Virus record (IMG/VR): IMGVR_UViG_3300003155_000119
Span: 49,779 to 113,778 of that record
Direction: 5' to 3' (one strand)
DNA length: 64,000 bases
DNA from: a virus
Taxonomy: Duplodnaviria; Caudoviricetes
Shown here piece by piece: positions 25,250 through 36,971 of this stretch (position 1 is its first letter; each line of letters begins with the position of its first letter). A program made the translations under genes and the position numbers. Below the pieces are notes generated by a model. That model made no database searches. It saw only the letters and a list, made by a program, of their open reading frames with translations, and had not been told where the DNA came from.

Positions 25250-26137
25250 TTAACTATTTTTGACCAATTTTATCAAAACTCTTTTATATACATTCTTACC
25301 ATTGCAAATGAATTGACCGTCTGAAATGCCAGCTCCGCCATCACCGGTTAAATCATGGTCATGACCTATTAATTGGAACTGCTCTGGACAATATTTACTT
25401 AAGAAAGTAACAGGGACTCCCATTAGTCCGTCATAATCGCAAGGAATATTAACTACTTTAGATACTTCAATAGCATCATAGTTATCATATTTAGGATATT
25501 TCTCCTCATTACCATAATATTTTTCTTTTAGCGGGATGCGGCAATGCCTTTTTTCATTATCTAAATTTGTATACCAAATGATATTACCAAATTTCTTTTC
25601 TGTGCGGTCTGGCGTTAAAAACACTTTAGGGCTAGTATTTCCGAACCATACTTGGTTATTTTTAAAGAGCGGGAATATTTCTTTATAGGTTGCAGCATTC
25701 ATATTACCTATAACAAGAAACTTCTTATTATATTTTATAAGTTGCGCGATATATTCGCGGAAGAGGCTAAATGGCGGATTAGTGATAACGAAGTCCGCAC
25801 TTTTAAGTAATTCAACGCATTCTTCTGAACGAAAATCCCCATTGCCGCACAGTTGAGTCCTTACTTCTTTGCTATTGTTATCAAACTCTGTTTTATATGC
25901 CGTTTTATTTAATGACAAATTTGTTGCAATGATTTTTTTTATTCCTAGCTCATAAAAATTCTCTTTAAAATATTTATAAAAATTTGAATACTCTACATCA
26001 TCACAATTACAATAAATAATTTTATCTTTAAAATATTCTTTATAATTAGTTAATTCTTTTTCTATATCTTCTAATCTTGTATAAAATTCATCATTTTTAA
26101 TGCGCTTGGCCGCAGTTAGATTTTTATTATCACTCAT
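25250..26137 (-). CDS. Orphan adenine DNA methyltransferase, EcoRI-methylase family
   Basis: KNDEFYT, IYCNCDD, GDFRSEEC, ITNPPFSLFREY, YPKYDNYDAIEV. Confidence 0.9.
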   Translation of the reverse strand: MSDNKNLTAAKRIKNDEFYTRLEDIEKELTNYKEYFKDKIIYCNCDDVEYSNFYKYFKENFYELGIKKIIATNLSLNKTAYKTEFDNNSKEVRTQLCGNGDFRSEECVELLKSADFVITNPPFSLFREYIAQLIKYNKKFLVIGNMNAATYKEIFPLFKNNQVWFGNTSPKVFLTPDRTEKKFGNIIWYTNLDNEKRHCRIPLKEKYYGNEEKYPKYDNYDAIEVSKVVNIPCDYDGLMGVPVTFLSKYCPEQFQLIGHDHDLTGDGGAGISDGQFICNGKNVYKRVLIKLVKNS

Positions 26138-26720
26138 TATTTATTCTCTCCTTTGTCCAGTTAACAAAAGATTCATAGAAGTTAAGTCCTTGTAAAGGCA
26201 ATTCATAAATCTTATTTGGATGTTTTTCTATATATTCCTTTTTTGCGCAATTAAATTCTACGTCATTAAAATCTTGCTTGTCCGCTAAAAAGCGTCTACA
26301 AATTTCATCACAATTAGGATTTTTTTCTCTTCTTAATGAGCGCATTAATCTATCTTTATCACTAGCTGAAACCTCAATAGCCATTAAATCAAAATGTTCA
26401 TCATTGTCTTCAAATAGTTTTTTCATCCAATAGAGATTAAATATTCCTACATTAATCTTATCATTCTTAATAGACTCTCTTGCTATTGCATAAATCCAAT
26501 TATTATAATCAATAGGCCAAAGGAAATTATCATCCCTTAAAATATCTTTCTTTTTCTTAAATAGGTAATCAATACCGTCAATTTCCTTTTCGCGCGGCGG
26601 TCTGGAAGTAGTTAAAAGAATTTTGTTTAAATCAAAGTTATTTGATAGGTGATTCAGAAAAGTATCTTTCCCTGCCGCGCTCATTCCATAAATAGCTAAA
26701 ATTTTAGGCTTTACGCCCAT
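26130..26720 (-). CDS. gmk: Guanylate kinase-like nucleotide kinase
   Basis: GMSAAGKDT P-loop and TTSRPPREKEIDGIDY. Confidence 0.8.
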   Translation of the reverse strand: MGVKPKILAIYGMSAAGKDTFLNHLSNNFDLNKILLTTSRPPREKEIDGIDYLFKKKKDILRDDNFLWPIDYNNWIYAIARESIKNDKINVGIFNLYWMKKLFEDNDEHFDLMAIEVSASDKDRLMRSLRREKNPNCDEICRRFLADKQDFNDVEFNCAKKEYIEKHPNKIYELPLQGLNFYESFVNWTKERINNE

Positions 26721-26726
26721 ATGGCA

Positions 26727-29700
26727 TCATCCTCTCTCATGCTCAATAATAATATCTTGACCATTGTTAATTACATCTTTGATCCTATAAAGTTGATGAG
26801 TTGAAGTATGCGAATAAGACTTAGCTCTAAAAGTGTCATCAATTCGATACCCAGTTACCATGATTTTCGTTCCTCTTGTAAACCAACTCTTATCAATAAC
26901 TTTCTTAGTTCCATCTAATTGAACTTCACTTAATTGACGATTATAATTCGCATAATATTCTTTAGTGAATTTAACATCTACGACACCTGTAGTAGTTAAA
27001 ATCGAAACCGTTGAACGAACATCATTCTTGCCAAGAACTGTTCCAATAATTCTTGTCGTTTCATAGATAGGAATTTCTTTTCCTTTCCTCTTGAAGAATT
27101 TTTCTGCTTTAGGAACGGTAGGAAGTTTATTAAAATCACTTATTCCATATTTAGAAGTATTAACTTTTGCCAATTCATGTTCGTGATAGTAAAAACACAT
27201 ACTTTCCATTTCCCATGCGGAAACAGTTCCTGCTGCGTACTTATCCCAACATTCTTTAAATAATAAATCATTTAATTCATTTAATACTCTCTTTTGATTT
27301 TCTTTTAACCATTCTCTAATATTATTCATCATTTTTGAATAAATATTATCCCATTTGCTTTGCGGCAAAAGATTTTCTCCGTTAATGATAGTTAAGTCAT
27401 CTTGAGAGAAGTGCTCCTCGTAGAATAGAAAATCGTCCTCTTTTAACAGATAATATTCCTTGCCTTCCTTTTGATTCTTCAATTTTTTATTAAGCAAGAA
27501 TACTTGCCTTTCAAGAGACAAAGAATCTGGAATGAGATTTTTCTGAATCAATATGCTCAGATTTTGTAGAGTAAGTTTTTTCTTTGGCTCACAAATCTTT
27601 GAGATATAATAAGCCATGATTGCGCGGCGAGGGGCAGATGGATTAACTGATTTTGCCCAGACTTCATCAGTTTCATCAAAAGCTCCTGACTTAATAAGAG
27701 AAATCATTACCGTTTTATTAAGAGGACATTTAACTAAGAAATCATTTAGACTCTTATATTGTCTGTTCTTAATAATATTCCCAATAACATCTCCGCCTAC
27801 TTTATTAAGAGCATTCATCGCATACAAAATTCTATTATTTGCCGCGTCTGGTTTAAAACTATAATCTGATTCATTGATATTTACAAGAGAAACAGAAATA
27901 CCGTTTGAAATGATTTTACCTAGCGCCTTGGCGATTTTAGCATAGTCTGTTTGCCCTTCTGACTCCTCCAATGACTCACTATCAACAATAAGACAAGCCG
28001 TATTCCAGTATATAGGATTCCAATGGGTTGCGAGGTATGCTGTTTGGAACCCGATAAAAGAATACGACATCGCGTGTATGTCGGAGAATGAATATCCCAG
28101 CTGAGTGGATGCGATATTGTCCCAAACATAATTAGCCATCGCAAGAGAGGACGCCTTTTCGAATACTTCAGATTTCAACTCTGCGATTTTATCCATGCGT
28201 TTCTTGCTTACGACTTTTCGTGCTGAGTTGGCTTGGGCTAGGCTAAACCCGCAAATATCGGAATCCATCAAAGTCCGCATTAGCTGTTCTTGTGAAATGC
28301 CAATACCATAACTTTTACCAACATATTTATTCAGTGCTTTTTCCTCTTGTTCGGTCAGACCATATTTTTTCATTTCTTTATGGACTAGTTCAGAATTCTT
28401 CTTAAATCGCACATACTTTTCCATTGGTGGCTCACCACCATCCTCCGCCATAAGGCGAATCAGTCCATTGGTATTACTTAATTCCTGCATATTCTTAGGA
28501 CGCACTTTTTTTGCGCCTTGACGACCAATAGTAGAATCCAACTGAAACAGATTAAGACTAGAAGCATTTTGAATTGTGTTCCAAGTATCTTTATCATCAA
28601 GCGGCAAAACGTCAGGATGAAGATATTTGTTATACAACTCGCGGAGACTCAATCCTTGTTCAAGAATTCCGTCCTTCTGCATCATAAGAAGCGTCTGAAC
28701 GAACATGTCTTGCACAGAGGTGACCAAGGCGTCCAATTTGGTCAGACCACAAGCTTCGTCCATATGCAAATCATACTGCGTTACAATTTCGCCGCTAGTC
28801 GCGCGCATAAAGCAGCAATGTTCATATGGATCATTCTCAAACATTACGACACCAGACGCGTGTATGCCGCGAGATTTAGTTAACCCCTCCACGCCCATAA
28901 TAATATCCAACAATCCTGGGTACTGGTCTACTTCATTAATAAAAGCGGAAATTGGTTTTCGTCCTTTCTCGTCATTTCCGTACACCACATCTCGTATCGA
29001 CCAGACAAAGCCTCGTTCTGATGGAATAAGACTAGATAAATATTGCGCAATATCAACGTCAATTCCCTCTGGGAACTCGTCACTTCTATAGCCGCGACAG
29101 GCCGTGAGTACCGCAGACTTAGATGATTCTGTGCCGAAAGTTGCAATCATAGTACATCCAAGATTTTGTTTCTCTTGTTCACTAAGACTGGCATTCAAAT
29201 ATTTCTGACGTTCGTCTTTAATATTTTTGATAATTAGAGGTCTCTTTGAAGGTGCTAAATCCAGGTCAATATCACCAAGTCCATCCGTATCACGATTCAT
29301 ATAGCGGAAGAACGGGAATTCGTATTGGATAGGGTCGAGCTGCGATATACCTAACAAATAATGATTCAATGCGGCACAAGCACTACCTCGACCTACACCA
29401 ACCGTCGAACCGCATTCCCAAAACATATCAATGTAATGCTGCAAAAGAAGCGGGTATCTAAACATATTAGTATTTAATTTATCACCAACGATTTTCTTAA
29501 CCTCAGCCTCTTCTTCAAGTTCATCTAAATACTCTTTTTTATTAAGTAAATCTTTTTCCGCAAGTTTGTTCCAACATTGATTAATCCAATTCCGTTCAAC
29601 TTTATCATCAGAATTGAACATTCTATCTAACTCTTTATATCCAGTTTCTTTCTTTTGTTTTGGATAATCAGAAATTTCTACTTCAGGAATTTGTTGAGAA

Positions 29701-30647
29701 TGTTGCAAAGAATAATTTTCTATTTTACTATAAATTTCCATACTATTCTTAAACATTTGCTCAACAAAAGAAATATCATAATTAGATGCGGCCAAATTTT
29801 CGATTATCTCTTCATTACTTTGAAGATACGCATACTCGTAAAAACTATCAACTTCACGCTCTCCGCCTTTAGAGTTAAGATATGCTTTATGCACATACCG
29901 GTCCTCTTTCCGCAGATAGTGCGCGTCTGTACAAACAATCATCTTGAGCCCAAATGCATGAGCAATAGAAAGAAATCTTTGGTTTACTTCAATCTGGTCT
30001 TTAGAACAACCTGGAGCGCACTCCAAATAAAAATCCTCACCGAATAGTTTTTTACACCAGAGAATAAAATTAATGATGTGATTGTGTGCGGCAATGCGGC
30101 CAGACTCGTCCCCGTTGCGCTCAGCTTGAATTAGTTTTAAAGTGGTTTTAGATACTTCGCCGTTCAGACACGCGGTACAAGCGACCAAGGATGAGGGGAA
30201 TTTTTGAACGATTTTTTCGAGGTCATCGTAAGTTGTTACGACTCTTTCCATTCCTCTATCGGAGTAAGAATTTAGCCATGCTTTAGAGGATAATTCTCTT
30301 AACGCTCTATGCCCTGCCGCGTTTTTCGCAATAAGAATAAAATGGTAATACTCTTGATTTTTCTCTCTATTTGCGCACAGATAAATTTCGTTACCAAGCG
30401 CAATCTTAAAATCAGGATATTTTTTAATTAATTCTTGCTGATAAATATTTAATTCAGGGTGAGCGGCTAGTGTCTCGTGATCTGTAATTGCAATACCGCT
30501 AAGACCCAATTCAACCGCTCTATCCACTAAGTCTTTCGGCTTATTGATGCAGTCCAGCAATCTAAGATTAGAATAATGACTGTGAGAATGCAATTCCATC
30601 CTTTGATAAACTAAATTAGTTCTCTTGTAACGGTTCGAGAGTTCCAT
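26727..30647 (-). CDS. dnaE: DNA polymerase III alpha subunit (C-family)
   Basis: PHP HSHSHYS/AITDHE, GRGSA, DIDLD, GIHASG, LTKLD, GYSFSDIHAMSYS; 1306 codons without TAG. Confidence 0.96.
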   Translation of the reverse strand: MELSNRYKRTNLVYQRMELHSHSHYSNLRLLDCINKPKDLVDRAVELGLSGIAITDHETLAAHPELNIYQQELIKKYPDFKIALGNEIYLCANREKNQEYYHFILIAKNAAGHRALRELSSKAWLNSYSDRGMERVVTTYDDLEKIVQKFPSSLVACTACLNGEVSKTTLKLIQAERNGDESGRIAAHNHIINFILWCKKLFGEDFYLECAPGCSKDQIEVNQRFLSIAHAFGLKMIVCTDAHYLRKEDRYVHKAYLNSKGGEREVDSFYEYAYLQSNEEIIENLAASNYDISFVEQMFKNSMEIYSKIENYSLQHSQQIPEVEISDYPKQKKETGYKELDRMFNSDDKVERNWINQCWNKLAEKDLLNKKEYLDELEEEAEVKKIVGDKLNTNMFRYPLLLQHYIDMFWECGSTVGVGRGSACAALNHYLLGISQLDPIQYEFPFFRYMNRDTDGLGDIDLDLAPSKRPLIIKNIKDERQKYLNASLSEQEKQNLGCTMIATFGTESSKSAVLTACRGYRSDEFPEGIDVDIAQYLSSLIPSERGFVWSIRDVVYGNDEKGRKPISAFINEVDQYPGLLDIIMGVEGLTKSRGIHASGVVMFENDPYEHCCFMRATSGEIVTQYDLHMDEACGLTKLDALVTSVQDMFVQTLLMMQKDGILEQGLSLRELYNKYLHPDVLPLDDKDTWNTIQNASSLNLFQLDSTIGRQGAKKVRPKNMQELSNTNGLIRLMAEDGGEPPMEKYVRFKKNSELVHKEMKKYGLTEQEEKALNKYVGKSYGIGISQEQLMRTLMDSDICGFSLAQANSARKVVSKKRMDKIAELKSEVFEKASSLAMANYVWDNIASTQLGYSFSDIHAMSYSFIGFQTAYLATHWNPIYWNTACLIVDSESLEESEGQTDYAKIAKALGKIISNGISVSLVNINESDYSFKPDAANNRILYAMNALNKVGGDVIGNIIKNRQYKSLNDFLVKCPLNKTVMISLIKSGAFDETDEVWAKSVNPSAPRRAIMAYYISKICEPKKKLTLQNLSILIQKNLIPDSLSLERQVFLLNKKLKNQKEGKEYYLLKEDDFLFYEEHFSQDDLTIINGENLLPQSKWDNIYSKMMNNIREWLKENQKRVLNELNDLLFKECWDKYAAGTVSAWEMESMCFYYHEHELAKVNTSKYGISDFNKLPTVPKAEKFFKRKGKEIPIYETTRIIGTVLGKNDVRSTVSILTTTGVVDVKFTKEYYANYNRQLSEVQLDGTKKVIDKSWFTRGTKIMVTGYRIDDTFRAKSYSHTSTHQLYRIKDVINNGQDIIIEHERG

Positions 30648-31380
30648 CTAATCTAATCCTTTCATCTAAAGAAATAGCTTTTATCATATCTGAAAGTCCG
30701 CTATAAGTATAGAGATTTTTATATCCTTCCTTCCATATATTTAAAAGTTTTTCCCCATTAGCAATTCTTTCTTTTATTTTTTGTTTTTCTTTTAAAGAAA
30801 TTCTTCTTCTTAGTGACCCTTCATATTCTCGTGAAAGGTGAATTTGTTTTTCTCTATTCTTTTGAGTAAAAACTTCTGGCATAATATCCTATGCATTCTG
30901 TCCTATCCAGATAGCTTGAAATCCTCTCTTTGTTATTTTATTTTTAAATTCATTTTCCCAAATATAAGAAGCAGGATATTTGCATTCTAAATATCTTTTT
31001 CTTAAATAAATTACTTCTTCCTTTGTTAATTTACCATAAGATGCTCTTGGGTCTTTAACAGTTATACCTCCGTCTCCTCCTTCAGTTTCATTATATCCAT
31101 TATTATAACTATCATAATAAGAAATCCAAAATTTCTCCCTCTCGTTACATTGCTCATTATAATTTGCATCTAATACTTCTATTATTTCAAAAGAAAAATT
31201 CTGAACACCATATTTCCTAAATGCTTTATAAAGCGTTTTATTCCACTCTCTAATTGATTCATATTTTTGTTTATGATATTCCCATCTTTTTTTAATATCA
31301 GAAGACTTTCCAATATATTTTTTGTTATTTATTTTATTTGTTATCACATAAATTCCTTTTATTATTTCTTTTTCTTTCAT
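30616..31380 (-). CDS. Free-standing GIY-YIG homing endonuclease (1 TAG)
   Basis: GIYVITNKINNKKYIGKS, GYNETEGG; TAG 30889-30891 joins track ORFs 30889-31380 and 30616-30882 in frame. Confidence 0.85.
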
Positions 31381-31449
31381 TTTTTTTTCTCCTTTAGTTT
31401 ACTCTTTCTTATTATAACATAAAAATAGATAAAAATCTACCTTGGCCGC

Positions 31450-33747
31450 TCACTCATTCAACACTAAAACTAATTTCTTTGCTGCTCTTGTTACCGCAGT
31501 ATATAGACATTGCTTATGTAATTCTTTCTCAAAAGGAAAAGATTCATCAATAACTAATACTTTATCCCACTCGCTGCCTTGGCTTTTCCATGTCGTAATT
31601 GCGTATCCATAAGCAAATTCCTTCGGCACTTGTCTATGGAAGAATTTAGAGTGGCTCATATTTCTTTCTACTTTTGTATTAAGAGATTTTTCTCCAGTTA
31701 GGAGATATTTATTATCAATTACTACATCAATAATGTCATTTCCATCAGTATATAATCTTGCTCTTGTTTCATCTACATATGGTTTATCATTTTGTGCTCT
31801 ATATTTAAGCGGCAAATAAATTTGTCCTTGCTTTGTGATATTGATATTTCCTAACGTACCATTTATAAGAGCATTACCTTCCTGTGAAATTTCTTTCCAA
31901 TAGTTACGGAGGCAAATCATTTTGTCTCCTTCAACAGGATAGGGAGTATTGTATCCTAAAAGACGTCTTATTTGCTCATTTAGATTATTTCTAGTTTTGT
32001 TCATATTACAAATAACTTCGTCTGCCCACAAGAGCATTCCGTTACTTAGTTCTTCTCTTGTAACGATTTGGACTTCTTTCCCTTTAAAAGGCTTCAATGG
32101 GCGGCCAAGGCGTATGTCAGTACTAACTCTAATAATCTCTGACTCTGCGGCCTGACGCATGATTTCAGTTAGCCTCGCGTGCGGATGGTCTAGTAAGTGA
32201 TTGTCAGAGTCATCAGATACGGGCGGAAGTTGATGCTCATCGCCGAGACAAATGACTTGCGTCTCTTCATGACTAAAGAGTAAATCCATCATCTCCCTAG
32301 GCGCCATCGAAACTTCATCAACCACGACAAGAGAATAAGGCAAAAAATCTAATGGCTCATGAGTAAATGTACCATCCTCATTAGGGATTGACTTATACAA
32401 TAACTTATGCAAGGTCATTGAATTTCGATTGCCTTTCTTCTGAAGAACTTGTGCGGCCTTGCCTGTATAAGTTGCATACGCGACCTCTGCTTCATTAAGA
32501 CCAAGCTCTTCAATGATGGCTCTAACTGTAGTTGTATTATGAGTGACGATAAAATCATTTGTTAAGTACAGCTCTGTTGGACTATCAACTTTGATACAAA
32601 CCATTTCTTTATACTCGTTAAGAGGATTTATTTCAGAAATAGATACTCTATCATAATTTCTATGCTGTTTTTTATTAATTGCTTCTTCTGCAATACTTCT
32701 TTTTCTCTTTAACCTGAACAATTTATATTTCTCAGAATTAGGAATGTTAATTGAAATATTATAACAAATACCTGCACGATATTTTTCTTTCCTATTATCC
32801 TCTGAAATACTTGACACATAACCTAAACTAAATAGGATTTCTCTTATATCGTCAATTAATTGTTTACTAGTATTAGTAAATCTTATAGTATAACGATTTC
32901 CGTTTACTGTGATAGAACCATCTGTATCCATTAATCCTTGAATTAATTTATATCTATCTTCTACAGAGGCATATTTGTAATCATCTGGTATCTTCTTATT
33001 AGCAGAAGCACAAATAATATACTCACTATATTCGCCAAAAAAGTCATTTGTTTGAATATAACTTTGACTGGCTACACTTTTTATCCGATTATATTCTTCC
33101 TCTCCATTCTCGTTTTGAAGGAACTGCCAACTATAATTAGTTAAAGAATTCCTTTTATAGCTTTTCGCATTGATTAGTTTAGCAACTTCAGCAACAAGCT
33201 CTTCGTCAGAACTAGAAACTGTTAATTGTCTTTCCAAACAACAGCCATCTCCAAGGAATACTCCAAAAACATAAGGGTCAATAGGAAGTCTAAAAGGATA
33301 TTCTTTATACTGCACTGGTGTTTGGCATACAGGAATTTTATATTTGCAAGTATTATCTTTCTTTCCAGAATATAATCCACTATCAAGAATTTCTTGTGTA
33401 GTTAGAATTTTAATATTCCCTTTTTTAGTTTGGACTTGCCATAAATGTTCTTTGCAACAATAAGTTTTTCTTTTATCGCCTAAAACAACTTCATATACTT
33501 GCTTTTGTCCTTGTGGATAAACACCAATTATTTTTACTGGTTCCCCATACTCATTAAAAACATAATCTCCAATTTTTAAATCACCCATTTGTTTCTGACC
33601 AAGCGGAGTTGGGATAATAGTATCTACCGGTTGAGCTTTTCCCGAGCCAGCGGGACCAGATATAACTGTATATCGTTTTCCGTCCTTAAATCGTTGAACT
33701 GCAATTTTGAGCGCATTAATTTGACCTTCATTTAATTCCATTATCAA
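31450..33747 (-). CDS. SF1B RecD/Dda-like helicase containing an intein
   Basis: GPAGSGK[intein]TTT, ATYTGKAA, VVDEVSM, LGDEHQLPPV, EIMRQ, YAITTWKSQGSEW, LYTAVTRA. Confidence 0.92.
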   Translation of the reverse strand: MIMELNEGQINALKIAVQRFKDGKRYTVISGPAGSGKAQPVDTIIPTPLGQKQMGDLKIGDYVFNEYGEPVKIIGVYPQGQKQVYEVVLGDKRKTYCCKEHLWQVQTKKGNIKILTTQEILDSGLYSGKKDNTCKYKIPVCQTPVQYKEYPFRLPIDPYVFGVFLGDGCCLERQLTVSSSDEELVAEVAKLINAKSYKRNSLTNYSWQFLQNENGEEEYNRIKSVASQSYIQTNDFFGEYSEYIICASANKKIPDDYKYASVEDRYKLIQGLMDTDGSITVNGNRYTIRFTNTSKQLIDDIREILFSLGYVSSISEDNRKEKYRAGICYNISINIPNSEKYKLFRLKRKRSIAEEAINKKQHRNYDRVSISEINPLNEYKEMVCIKVDSPTELYLTNDFIVTHNTTTVRAIIEELGLNEAEVAYATYTGKAAQVLQKKGNRNSMTLHKLLYKSIPNEDGTFTHEPLDFLPYSLVVVDEVSMAPREMMDLLFSHEETQVICLGDEHQLPPVSDDSDNHLLDHPHARLTEIMRQAAESEIIRVSTDIRLGRPLKPFKGKEVQIVTREELSNGMLLWADEVICNMNKTRNNLNEQIRRLLGYNTPYPVEGDKMICLRNYWKEISQEGNALINGTLGNINITKQGQIYLPLKYRAQNDKPYVDETRARLYTDGNDIIDVVIDNKYLLTGEKSLNTKVERNMSHSKFFHRQVPKEFAYGYAITTWKSQGSEWDKVLVIDESFPFEKELHKQCLYTAVTRAAKKLVLVLNE
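32536..33636 (-). mobile_element. Intein (367 aa, Ala1, LAGLIDADG, class 3 WCT signature) in helicase P-loop
   Basis: AQPVDTIIPTP start; CKEHLW; VFLGDG and LIQGLMDTDG; VCIKVD...IVTHN/T end. Confidence 0.92.
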
Positions 33748-33971
33748 ACCTCCACGTACTCATATCTCATTTTATTCATTTCGCCCTCATACTTGCAAAG
33801 CGGACAAACAGATTCATATTTATCTCGAAGAGTATAATACTGAATGAAAATGGTAGTTTTAACAAAAGAATATGAATATTCTCCATCATTTGCTTCAAAT
33901 ATAGTTCCACATTTTGGACATTTTAATATAACTTTCTTATTAGGGATTTTACCTTCTTTAATAATTCTCAT
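33744..33971 (-). CDS. Small zinc-ribbon protein
   Basis: CPKC...CPLC. Confidence 0.7.
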   Translation of the reverse strand: MRIIKEGKIPNKKVILKCPKCGTIFEANDGEYSYSFVKTTIFIQYYTLRDKYESVCPLCKYEGEMNKMRYEYVEV

Positions 33972-33993
33972 AATTATATCATCTCCTTATATA

Positions 33994-34022
33994 ATTATAT
34001 CATTTTCCTTGTTTTTTGTCAA
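33994..34022 (-). promoter_or_regulatory. sigmaA-type promoter
   Basis: TTGACA-17-TATAAT with extended TG. Confidence 0.8.
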
Positions 34023-34110
34023 TAAGAAAAAATCGCTTTCAAAATATCTGAAAAGCGATTTACATTTTGGATTTTCTATTGAACTCAGTCCAAGCAACCC
34101 ATCTAATATA

Positions 34111-35874
34111 TCAAAAGTAGTAATCAACTTGATTAACTATTTGATAATCTGTCATAAATATTTGAGCAGAAATATTTCCATTCCATACATTTTTATTACA
34201 AGAGCCAACTAAATTAATTTCTATATATCCTTCGTCTGTTGGAGATAGGGATTCATATTCATCTACAGATGATTTAAACTTCATAATATTTATTTTATTA
34301 GGTAGCGTTATTCGAAGGGTTGGGTTTTTATCTGGAGACAATAGAGTAATCATATTTTTAGTTATTTTTAATTTTTCTATTGCAATTAAAGGCTCCTCAA
34401 CGTCTTTCCCATAAAGTTTTCCTAACGCGGCAATAGCAAGAATATCATCTGAGTCAACATTTTTCTCATTATATATTTTATCTACCAAATAAACAGATTC
34501 TTCATCTATATCTTTTAGTAGTTGATTTGCGGCCAGGACGAAGTCATTCACTCTTTCTTTTGGTATACTTAATCCCGCAGAATTATTATGCCCCTACACC
34601 CAGTTAACGCAATGCGTTTTTTCGCAAATGTCTTTAAAGTTAGTAATGCCTGAACGCTCATATCCGCGCATACTGCCTTCATAATTGTCTCCATTAAGCG
34701 CAACTATGCAACAAGGACGTTGGTATTCTTCTTTTAGCTTATTGGCAATCAGTCCTCTTAATTCAGATTGAACTTCCTCTGGCCGCGTAATGATAAACAA
34801 TATTTTATTAGAATCTAAGTGTTCATCTTTAATCTTATTCTCTAATAGAGCGAGTCCTTCCTCTTGAGCTTTAGTTTGTCTCTTTTTTGCATTAGTCACT
34901 GCTCTTAATGCTTGAGCTAGCACGGTTTCTGTCTCATTTAGTTTATGTCCTCTCTTAGTTGAGGGTATTTTATCATTAGCTTTAAATTCAAGCATCGACT
35001 CAAATACTATTTCTTTTTCCTCTTGCGTTCCTGACCGAGTAATTGCGTTTACAAAAGGAACAATATAGAAAGCAACGCCAAAAGGAGTTATTTCACCTTT
35101 TAAAGAGTATGAATTCTTTTCTACCGTTGCGGCCAAGAAAGGATTTTGGATGCGTTCCAATCCTTTTTGAATTAGATGCTTAGTCTCTATGGAACGCAAA
35201 CTCATCACGTCTCCAACGAGCCCCGCCGCAACTAAATCAAGAAAATCATCTGCGCATTTATCTTTATCATCTAGTTTCTGGTCAATATATCTACAAAATT
35301 GCCAAGTAACACCAACGCCAGATAATGCTTTATTTGGATACTCGCAGCACTGGTTATTAATAATTATTGCATACTTATAAGTATCAGGATTAGCTATTTC
35401 TGTTTGGTGATGGTCTAATACTATTACTGGTATATTTGCATCGAATAATCTTTTGTGCTCAGCTATATCAGATGACGCACTATCCGGGCATATGACTAAA
35501 TCATATTTTAAAGCCTCGTTTACACAGTCTTTTAATCCATGTTGTTTACTTGTATGATGTAGCCAAGATAAATTATTTTGGACCCAAGTAGGAAACAAAC
35601 GATTTAAATAATTAATAAAGAGAGCACTAGATACATATCCATCCATATCGCAATCCACAATTACCAAGGCTCGTTTATTATCTTTTATAGACGAAAGTAA
35701 AACACTTGCCGCATCATAAAGTCTTGCCTCACCTAGCAATTCTGGCTTACTAATATCTTCATCTGTTGTATTTAGATAATGATTTATTTCGTTATAAGGA
35801 ATTCCTCGATTAATTAATATTTGTTCTTCTATTGTATAATTAGGATTTATTTCGTTTATTAATTTATACCTCAT
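34111..35874 (-). CDS. recJ: RecJ-like ssDNA exonuclease (1 TAG)
   Basis: DCDMDG, HGL, LDHH, GLVGDVM, NAITR, GSMR; TAG 34594-34596 read as Gln restores DHHA1 motif WV(Q)GHNNSAG and joins track ORF 34111-34551. Confidence 0.9.
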
Positions 35875-36969
35875 TCATAACATTATCCTTTCTTTAAGTA
35901 ATTTCATAAATATATCTTTTCCTTTGTCTATTGGACTGTCTTTATATCCTAATAAGCCTCTCCTATCAAATATAAAGCTAATTTGAAAGAAAGATTTATA
36001 TTTATCATTTATTTTCTTTAATTTATTAGTCCAAGTTTTATATTCCTCGTCTCCGACTTTCTTGAATTGCCTGTCAAAAGCTACCAGTATTTCGTTCACA
36101 CCAAGAGCAGAAAGCAAATTGGCTTGATAGTTAAGTAAATTACTTCCGCAACACGCAACACTAATATCACTCTCGCGGCCAAAAAAAGTCCTATAAGACA
36201 AAGTTGCTTTTTCAGATTCAAATATAATTGCCTTTTTAATAATTTGTATGTTTTGTTTGCTATTGTTCAGATTGTATAAATTAAAACCTAATGGGTGAGA
36301 ATAAAGTACTCCATTTAAATAGGCAGGACGATATTTACCATTAGATTCTTCCTCTTTAATAAGCGTTCTTTCTCTTATTCCGATTAAGCGATTATCTATG
36401 TCATAATGAGGAATTACTATTCCTTGATTAATTGGGTCATAACAGATATTAGCTTCTTTAATTGCAGTACTTGAAATACCTTCTCTTTCCCAAGGTATGA
36501 TGCGCGGTCTAGGTAAAAAATCTAATATACTAGTATCATAAATTTTTAGATTAATTCTTTGCTCTTGCGGCAGGTCAGCTCTATCATTATATTGTTTTAA
36601 TATGTCCCAGTCTGGTAGACTTGATGGTAGTTCATCAAAGTCTAAATGTTCCTCTTCTATTGCTAATCCAAAATAATCTGCGGTGAAAGTAATTGCTTTG
36701 TTTAGAGGAATTTTTTTTACTTTCATAGTAAGCTGGTATATATCAAAGCTAGGTTCCTCGCATCCAGTGTAACAATGGAAAAGGTGAGTATTATCATAAT
36801 AATATAACTTATAACTAGCTTCATCATAGTGGGCAATGTCGTTATGACAGATAGTCCTACTAACGAAACTATTGCCTTTGTCATACCTCGGTTCTCCTCC
36901 TAAATATTCAACAAACTCAAATACTTGTTCTATAGAGAGTTCGTTCTTCAAAGTATCTTTATTAAGCAT
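35875..36969 (-). CDS. DNA primase (DnaG-like)
   Basis: Zinc-binding TICH...HCYTGC, IVIPHYD, LYNLN, TOPRIM FESEK and AFDR. Confidence 0.85.
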   Translation of the reverse strand: MLNKDTLKNELSIEQVFEFVEYLGGEPRYDKGNSFVSRTICHNDIAHYDEASYKLYYYDNTHLFHCYTGCEEPSFDIYQLTMKVKKIPLNKAITFTADYFGLAIEEEHLDFDELPSSLPDWDILKQYNDRADLPQEQRINLKIYDTSILDFLPRPRIIPWEREGISSTAIKEANICYDPINQGIVIPHYDIDNRLIGIRERTLIKEEESNGKYRPAYLNGVLYSHPLGFNLYNLNNSKQNIQIIKKAIIFESEKATLSYRTFFGRESDISVACCGSNLLNYQANLLSALGVNEILVAFDRQFKKVGDEEYKTWTNKLKKINDKYKSFFQISFIFDRRGLLGYKDSPIDKGKDIFMKLLKERIML

Positions 36970-36971
36970 TA

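Noticed and set aside
25250-26137. Complete restriction-modification system
   Set aside because: No cognate endonuclease adjacent; flanked by nrdD and a kinase, so an orphan methyltransferase
30616-31380. GIY-YIG gene as an intron-encoded ORF within dnaE
   Set aside because: dnaE has an intact PHP N-terminus downstream and I found no upstream exon or group I core; treated as free-standing
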